From NCBI GenBank assembly GCA_018830005.1, contig JAHJTE010000001.1, positions 1,332 through 65,331 of the forward strand: a stretch of 64,000 nt of DNA, read 5' to 3'. This document shows, piece after piece, positions 58,961 through 64,000 of this stretch. The position numbers were made by a program, and so were the translations under genes. Position 1 is the stretch's first letter. The number at the start of each line of letters is the position of its first letter. Source of the DNA: Candidatus Omnitrophota bacterium (GTDB lineage Bacteria; Omnitrophota; Gorgyraeia; JAHJTE01). The notes below the pieces were generated by a model. That model was not told where the DNA came from. It did no database searches and saw only the letters and a program-made list of their open reading frames with translations.

Positions 58961-59490
58961 GACAATATTATTATTTAATAGCAAGCCTGCCCCTTTTAGA
59001 ATTCGCTATGAAGCCGCCTTTGAAATATAGTGATTTCCTAAAGTGCTCCAGAGAGCAGTTAAGTGCTCATGATATGGATATTATTCAAAGGACCAAGATT
59101 ACGCCAGCGCAAGATGTAGATGAGTCACAAGCAACATTAAGAGAGTGGCAGATATTCGATATTACTTTAAGAAATGAGATAGTCAAATTTAGGGCCAGCC
59201 GAAAATTAAAAGACCCTGCTAAATATATACGCGCCCCGGGATATTCGGATCCCTTTATTGCTTCTTTTGCGCACTGGGTTACTAGCCAGGATTCTCCTAT
59301 GGAGGCAGAACTTAGCCTGGACCGTGAAAGATGGCAAAGGTTGGAAGAATTAGCAAAGGCTCATTATTTTGATATTGATTATTTAATTACATATGCCTTG
59401 CAATTACAGATCTTAGAGCGTTGGCAAATGATAAATTCACAACCAGCAATAGTAGCATTAGAGGCATTACTGGAGAAAGAGATAATATAA
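58957..59490 (+). CDS. DUF2764-family protein (V-ATPase-associated, subunit C-like position)
   Basis: 177 aa; occupies the slot between subunits E and A, as in chlamydial and spirochaetal V-ATPase operons. Confidence 0.5.
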   Translation: MRQYYYLIASLPLLEFAMKPPLKYSDFLKCSREQLSAHDMDIIQRTKITPAQDVDESQATLREWQIFDITLRNEIVKFRASRKLKDPAKYIRAPGYSDPFIASFAHWVTSQDSPMEAELSLDRERWQRLEELAKAHYFDIDYLITYALQLQILERWQMINSQPAIVALEALLEKEII

Positions 59491-61235
59491 TGGGTAAAAG
59501 GCAAGGCAAGATTGTAGGCATAACCGGGAACATGGTAGTTGCAGAATTTGATGACTATGTTGTGCAAAACGAAGTCGCTTTTATTCTGCACGGGAAAGAG
59601 CGCCTAAAATCAGAGGTAATACGCGTAAAGGGCAATAAAGCAGAACTTCAGGTCTACGAAGATACCAAAGGCCTAAAGGCTGGAGAAAGAGTCGAATTTA
59701 GCGATGAGCTTCTTTCAGTTGAACTAGGACCGGGTCTTTTGGGACAGATTTTTGATGGACTCCAGAATCCCCTGCCGCAGCTTGCCCAAAAGTGTGGGTT
59801 TTTCTTAAAGCGCGGCGTATATTTAGAGGCATTGCCAGATGAAAATAAGTGGGAGTTTCATCCTGTTGCAAAGCGAGGCGATAAACTAAAATCAGGTGAT
59901 AAACTTGGTTTTGTGAAGGAAGGCATGATTGAGCATTGGATTATGGTTCCCTTTGCATTAAGCGGCCAATTACAAGTAGAGACTATTGTCAGCAAAGGCA
60001 AATTTAATTTAAAGCAGGCAATCGCAAAGCTTAAAGATGAAAGCGGCAAGATACATGAGGCTACTATGCAGCAGATCTGGCCGGTTAAGATACCAATAAC
60101 AGCTTATGCTGAGAAATTAAAACCCCAGACGCCTTTGGTTACAAATATTAGAATAGTTGATACATTGATGCCAGTGTCTTTAGGAGGCACTTATTGTATT
60201 CCGGGTCCTTTTGGTTCAGGAAAGACCGTACTGCAGCAGTTGATTAGTAAGCATGCAGAGGTTGATATTGTGGTTATAGCTGCTTGCGGAGAAAGGGCGG
60301 GTGAGGTTGTTGAAACGTTGAGGACATTCCCAGAGTTAAAAGACCCCCGCACCAATAGGCCGCTGATGGAGCGCACGGTTATTATCTGTAATACCAGCTC
60401 CATGCCGGTTTCTGCTAGAGAGTCTAGCGTCTATACCGCAGTTACGATCGCAGAATACTATAGACAAATGGGCCTTAAGGTATTGTTGTTAGCTGATTCT
60501 ACTTCACGCTGGGCACAGGCAATGCGCGAGATGTCAGGTCGCCTGGAAGAGATTCCAGGAGAAGAGGCATTTCCTGCTTATCTTGAGACAAGGATCGCTT
60601 CTTTTTATGAACGGGCAGGACTGGTAAGACTGCATGATGGCAGCCTTGGCTCTGTAACAATAGGCGGTACAGTTAGCCCTGCAGGCGGGAACTTCGAAGA
60701 GCCAGTTACTCAGGCAACACTAAAGGTGGTAGGTGCATTCCACGGACTTTCACGCGATCGCTCAAATGCAAGAAAATACCCAGCAATAGATCCCTTAGAG
60801 AGCTGGAGTAAATACAAGAGTTTTATCGACGATAAAGAGAGACAAAAAGCCCAGGCCATCTTAAGAAGGGGCCATGAGGTAAATCAGATGATGAAGGTTG
60901 TGGGAGAAGAAGGCACTTCGCTTCTTGATTTTATTACTTATTTAAAAGGAGAATTCCTTGATTCGGTTTATTTGCAGCAGAATGCCTTTGATGAAGTGGA
61001 TGCCGCTACAATTGCCGAAAGGCAAAAACACACATTCCATACAATTTATAAAATCTTAGAGAGAGATTTCCAGCTTGGGGATAAAGATACTGCTAGAAGT
61101 TTCTTCCAGAATCTAAGCCAGAAATTTATAGAATGGAACTCCATTGAATGGAAAACAGATGCATTTTCTGCAAAAGAAAAAGAAATAGAGAAGTTAATAA
61201 GCGAAAAGGAAAAGGCAGGATCCGCCAATGCATAA
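59490..61235 (+). CDS. atpA: V-type ATP synthase catalytic subunit A
   Basis: Walker [10 protein letters not shown]. Start at ATG 59490, overlapping the upstream stop (TAATG). Confidence 0.9.
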   Translation: MGKRQGKIVGITGNMVVAEFDDYVVQNEVAFILHGKERLKSEVIRVKGNKAELQVYEDTKGLKAGERVEFSDELLSVELGPGLLGQIFDGLQNPLPQLAQKCGFFLKRGVYLEALPDENKWEFHPVAKRGDKLKSGDKLGFVKEGMIEHWIMVPFALSGQLQVETIVSKGKFNLKQAIAKLKDESGKIHEATMQQIWPVKIPITAYAEKLKPQTPLVTNIRIVDTLMPVSLGGTYCIPGPFGSGKTVLQQLISKHAEVDIVVIAACGERAGEVVETLRTFPELKDPRTNRPLMERTVIICNTSSMPVSARESSVYTAVTIAEYYRQMGLKVLLLADSTSRWAQAMREMSGRLEEIPGEEAFPAYLETRIASFYERAGLVRLHDGSLGSVTIGGTVSPAGGNFEEPVTQATLKVVGAFHGLSRDRSNARKYPAIDPLESWSKYKSFIDDKERQKAQAILRRGHEVNQMMKVVGEEGTSLLDFITYLKGEFLDSVYLQQNAFDEVDAATIAERQKHTFHTIYKILERDFQLGDKDTARSFFQNLSQKFIEWNSIEWKTDAFSAKEKEIEKLISEKEKAGSANA

Positions 61236-62523
61236 AATATATAATCGCATAACGCAGATAGCAGGTAACGTTGTAACCGTTGAAGCAAGGGATATAGGCT
61301 ACAAAGACCTGGCTGAGATATCTTCCAAGAACGCTAAATCCTTAGCCCAGGTAATTAGGATAGATGGAGAGCGCATCTATTTACAGGTTTTTGCTGGAAG
61401 CCGGGGTGTTTCAACTGGTGATCGAGTAAGATTTCTAGGTCATGCGATGAGGGTCTCCTTTAGTGAGAATCTCCTAGGCAGAATCTTTACCGGCGCAGGC
61501 CTACCTCGAGATAATGGCCCGGCATTAAGTGAGAATATGATAGAGATTGGCGGCCCGCCTGTAAATCCGGCAAAAAGGATTATTCCGCGGCGTATGGTGC
61601 GTACAGGCATACCCATGATCGATGTGTTTAATAGCCTGGTGGAATCTCAGAAGCTACCTATTTTCTCTGTGCCGGGAGAGCCTTATAATGAGGTCTTGGT
61701 GCGGATTGCAATGCAGGCAGAGGTAGATTTGATAATCTTAGGCGGTATGGGTCTAAAATATGATGATTATCTTTTCTTCCGGGACACATTGAATGCGCAC
61801 GGTTCATTATCACGTTCAATATTTTTTGTGCACACTGCATCAGATCCTACTGTAGAGTGCCTCCTAGTTCCAGATATAAGTTTAGCCGTTGCTGAGCAGT
61901 TTGCACTTAGCGGCAAACGCGTCTTAGTGCTCCTTAGTGATATGACAAATTTTGCCGATGCCTTAAAGGAAATATCTATTACCATGGAGCAGATTCCTTC
62001 AAACAGGGGCTATCCGGGTGATTTATACAGCCAGCTGGCCTCACGCTATGAAAAGGCTGTTGATTTTGATACTGCCGGCTCTATTACTATTCTAGCGGTT
62101 ACTACAATGCCGGGAGATGATGTTACCCATCCCATACCTGATAATACTGGATATATAACGGAAGGACAGTTCTACTTAAGAAACAAGTCTATTGAGCCTT
62201 TTGGTTCTTTGAGTCGGCTTAAACAGCTAGTAAATGGCAAGACAAGAAAAGATCACAGGACTGTTATGGACAGGATGATTCAGTTTTTTGCTGATTATCG
62301 CTCAACATTAGAAAAACAGGCCATGGGATTTCAGATGAGCCAATGGGATAAGAAACTCCTGCGTTATGGAAAGAGCTTCCAGGAGAAAATGATGAATCTT
62401 TCTGTAAATATATCACTTGAAGAGGCCTTGGATTTAGGTTGGCAGATTATGGCAGAGGCCTTTCAGCCTTTTGAGACGGGTATAAAGTCAGAACTTATCG
62501 AGGAATTCTGGCCCAAGAAATAA
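61228..62523 (+). CDS. atpB: V-type ATP synthase subunit B
   Basis: 431 aa; non-catalytic nucleotide-binding fold. Confidence 0.9.
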   Translation: MHKIYNRITQIAGNVVTVEARDIGYKDLAEISSKNAKSLAQVIRIDGERIYLQVFAGSRGVSTGDRVRFLGHAMRVSFSENLLGRIFTGAGLPRDNGPALSENMIEIGGPPVNPAKRIIPRRMVRTGIPMIDVFNSLVESQKLPIFSVPGEPYNEVLVRIAMQAEVDLIILGGMGLKYDDYLFFRDTLNAHGSLSRSIFFVHTASDPTVECLLVPDISLAVAEQFALSGKRVLVLLSDMTNFADALKEISITMEQIPSNRGYPGDLYSQLASRYEKAVDFDTAGSITILAVTTMPGDDVTHPIPDNTGYITEGQFYLRNKSIEPFGSLSRLKQLVNGKTRKDHRTVMDRMIQFFADYRSTLEKQAMGFQMSQWDKKLLRYGKSFQEKMMNLSVNISLEEALDLGWQIMAEAFQPFETGIKSELIEEFWPKK

Positions 62524-62524
62524 T

Positions 62525-63142
62525 ATGGCAAAGATTAAATTTACAAAAGGTGAACTAAAAAGACAACGTGATAGCTTGAAGCAGTTTGAGCATTATCTTC
62601 CGATTCTGCAGCTAAAAAAGCAACAGCTACAGATCGAGATTCAACACGTGCATGAAAGATTGGATTTGAAATTAAATGAGATAAGTAGTTCAAAGGCTGC
62701 GATAAGTATCTGGGCAGGATTATTGAATGAAGGCCAGAAGGATATAGTTGCTTGGATAACCCCCAAAGAGATTATTACCAAAAAGTTCAATATCGCAGGT
62801 GTTGATATACCTTTGTTTGTACGCGTGAATTTTGCAGATAGTGAATATGATTTATTTCTAACACCATTATGGGTAGATATCGCTATTGAGAAAATCAGGC
62901 AGCTTGTAGTTTTATATGAGCAAGAGAAGATATTTCGTTCTCAACTAGAGATCCTGGAGCATGAATTAAGACTGACAGCCCAGAGGGTTAATTTGTTCGA
63001 AAAGGTAAAGATACCTGAGGCAAGAGAGAACGTGCGTATTATAAAGATTTATTTGGGCGATCAGCAGACAAACGCGGTTGGCCGCTCAAAGATTGCCAAG
63101 AAAAAAACTGAGAGCTTAGTTTTAGAGGAAGCCGTCTTATGA
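62525..63142 (+). CDS. atpD: V-type ATP synthase subunit D
   Basis: 205 aa; MAKIKFTKGELKRQRDSLKQFEHYLPILQLKKQQL is typical of subunit D. Confidence 0.85.
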   Translation: MAKIKFTKGELKRQRDSLKQFEHYLPILQLKKQQLQIEIQHVHERLDLKLNEISSSKAAISIWAGLLNEGQKDIVAWITPKEIITKKFNIAGVDIPLFVRVNFADSEYDLFLTPLWVDIAIEKIRQLVVLYEQEKIFRSQLEILEHELRLTAQRVNLFEKVKIPEARENVRIIKIYLGDQQTNAVGRSKIAKKKTESLVLEEAVL

Positions 63143-64000
63143 TCGTAGGAATGAAGAAGATAACAGTTTTGGTGCAGACAAAAGATGTCGAGCCTACGCT
63201 TAAGGTCTTGGCAGGAGCAGGCGTCTTGCATATAGAGCATCAGAGAGCGCCTCGAAGCGAAAGCGTTTCAAGGCTAGAAGAAAATCTTAAATCATTATCA
63301 AAGGCAATAGAGACCTTGCCTGTTGTTCAGGTTCAAGAAAACACAGTCCCTGATTACAACCAGGCCTCTGAGGGAATCCTTGCCCTGCTTGAGGCAAGAG
63401 AGGTCATTAGAGAGGATCTAAAGAAGATAAAAAAGAATATAGATCTCTGGAGGGAATGGGGAGATTTTCCGCCAAAACTTATAGAGGAGTTGAAGGATAG
63501 CGATATCCGGATATATCTAGCTAAATTAAATAAGAAGCAGCTCTCCCAGGTGCCGCAAGAAGTAGTCTTAGAGGAAATTTTTAAAAAAGGAAACATATTT
63601 TATTGTGCACTTATATCAAAAAATAAAACAACCTTGCCTTTTGAGACTCTTTCCTTGCCAAATGAAGGCTTAAACGAGATGATCCTTAAGCTAGAAAGGG
63701 CAGAAAGTGAAATAGCCCAGATAGAGAAAAGATTATTTGAGTTTGCAAAATATAAAAACGCACTTTCCTCTTACAGGCAAAGACTCAAATCCTTACTTGA
63801 ATTTCACGGCGTACGCGCAGGCATGGGTAGTTTTGCAAGACTTGCCTACCTAAAAGGTTATTGCCCTGACTATAGCGTTAAGACATTAGAGCAATTAGCA
63901 GAAAGAGAAAAATGGGGCCTACTTATTGAAGAGCCGGATAAATTGGATAATGTTCCTACCTTGATAAAGAACCCGCGCTGGATTCAAATAATAGAACCAG
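63139..64000 (+). CDS. atpI: V-type ATP synthase subunit I (a-subunit), N-terminal part; runs off the right window edge
   Basis: The ATG at 63139 overlaps the atpD stop (ATGA); a hydrophilic N-terminal domain with no stop within the window. Confidence 0.7.
   Translation, partial: MIVGMKKITVLVQTKDVEPTLKVLAGAGVLHIEHQRAPRSESVSRLEENLKSLSKAIETLPVVQVQENTVPDYNQASEGILALLEAREVIREDLKKIKKNIDLWREWGDFPPKLIEELKDSDIRIYLAKLNKKQLSQVPQEVVLEEIFKKGNIFYCALISKNKTTLPFETLSLPNEGLNEMILKLERAESEIAQIEKRLFEFAKYKNALSSYRQRLKSLLEFHGVRAGMGSFARLAYLKGYCPDYSVKTLEQLAEREKWGLLIEEPDKLDNVPTLIKNPRWIQIIEP

Overview
Bacterial chromosomal segment centred on the replication origin. Genes at 1..31336 are almost all on the minus strand: gltX, a four-subunit 2-oxoacid:ferredoxin oxidoreductase, dxs, xseAB, rny-ymdB, iscU, rarA, pheST, trkHA, rplT-rpmI-infC-thrS, tRNA Val/Leu/Cys, coaC-rpoZ-gmk-yicC, ndk, parAB, yidCD and rpmH. 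From 31561 they switch to the plus strand: dnaA, dnaN, a DUF721 protein, gyrB, gyrA, tRNA-Glu, glmS, rsmI, pyrR-pyrB-pyrC, pyrK-pyrD-pyrF, and a V-type ATPase operon (E, DUF2764, A, B, D, I). The most unusual content is selfish and defence-like. There are three inteins: a 149-aa mini-intein in GyrB, and 442-aa and 411-aa LAGLIDADG-containing inteins in GyrA and in an endonuclease-Q-like PHP protein. A free-standing I-CreI-like LAGLIDADG gene sits beside parA next to a truncated jag. Two nucleotidyltransferase-fold toxin-antitoxin-like pairs are present, one behind a 38-bp perfect palindrome. A recurring GAAATTC/GAATTTC inverted-repeat family punctuates a fragmented pyr operon, which also carries an inserted glycosyltransferase/membrane-protein cassette. 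Also notable: rnpA is missing between rpmH and yidD, there is a PyrR attenuator, and the glmS leader directly downstream of tRNA-Glu is structured.
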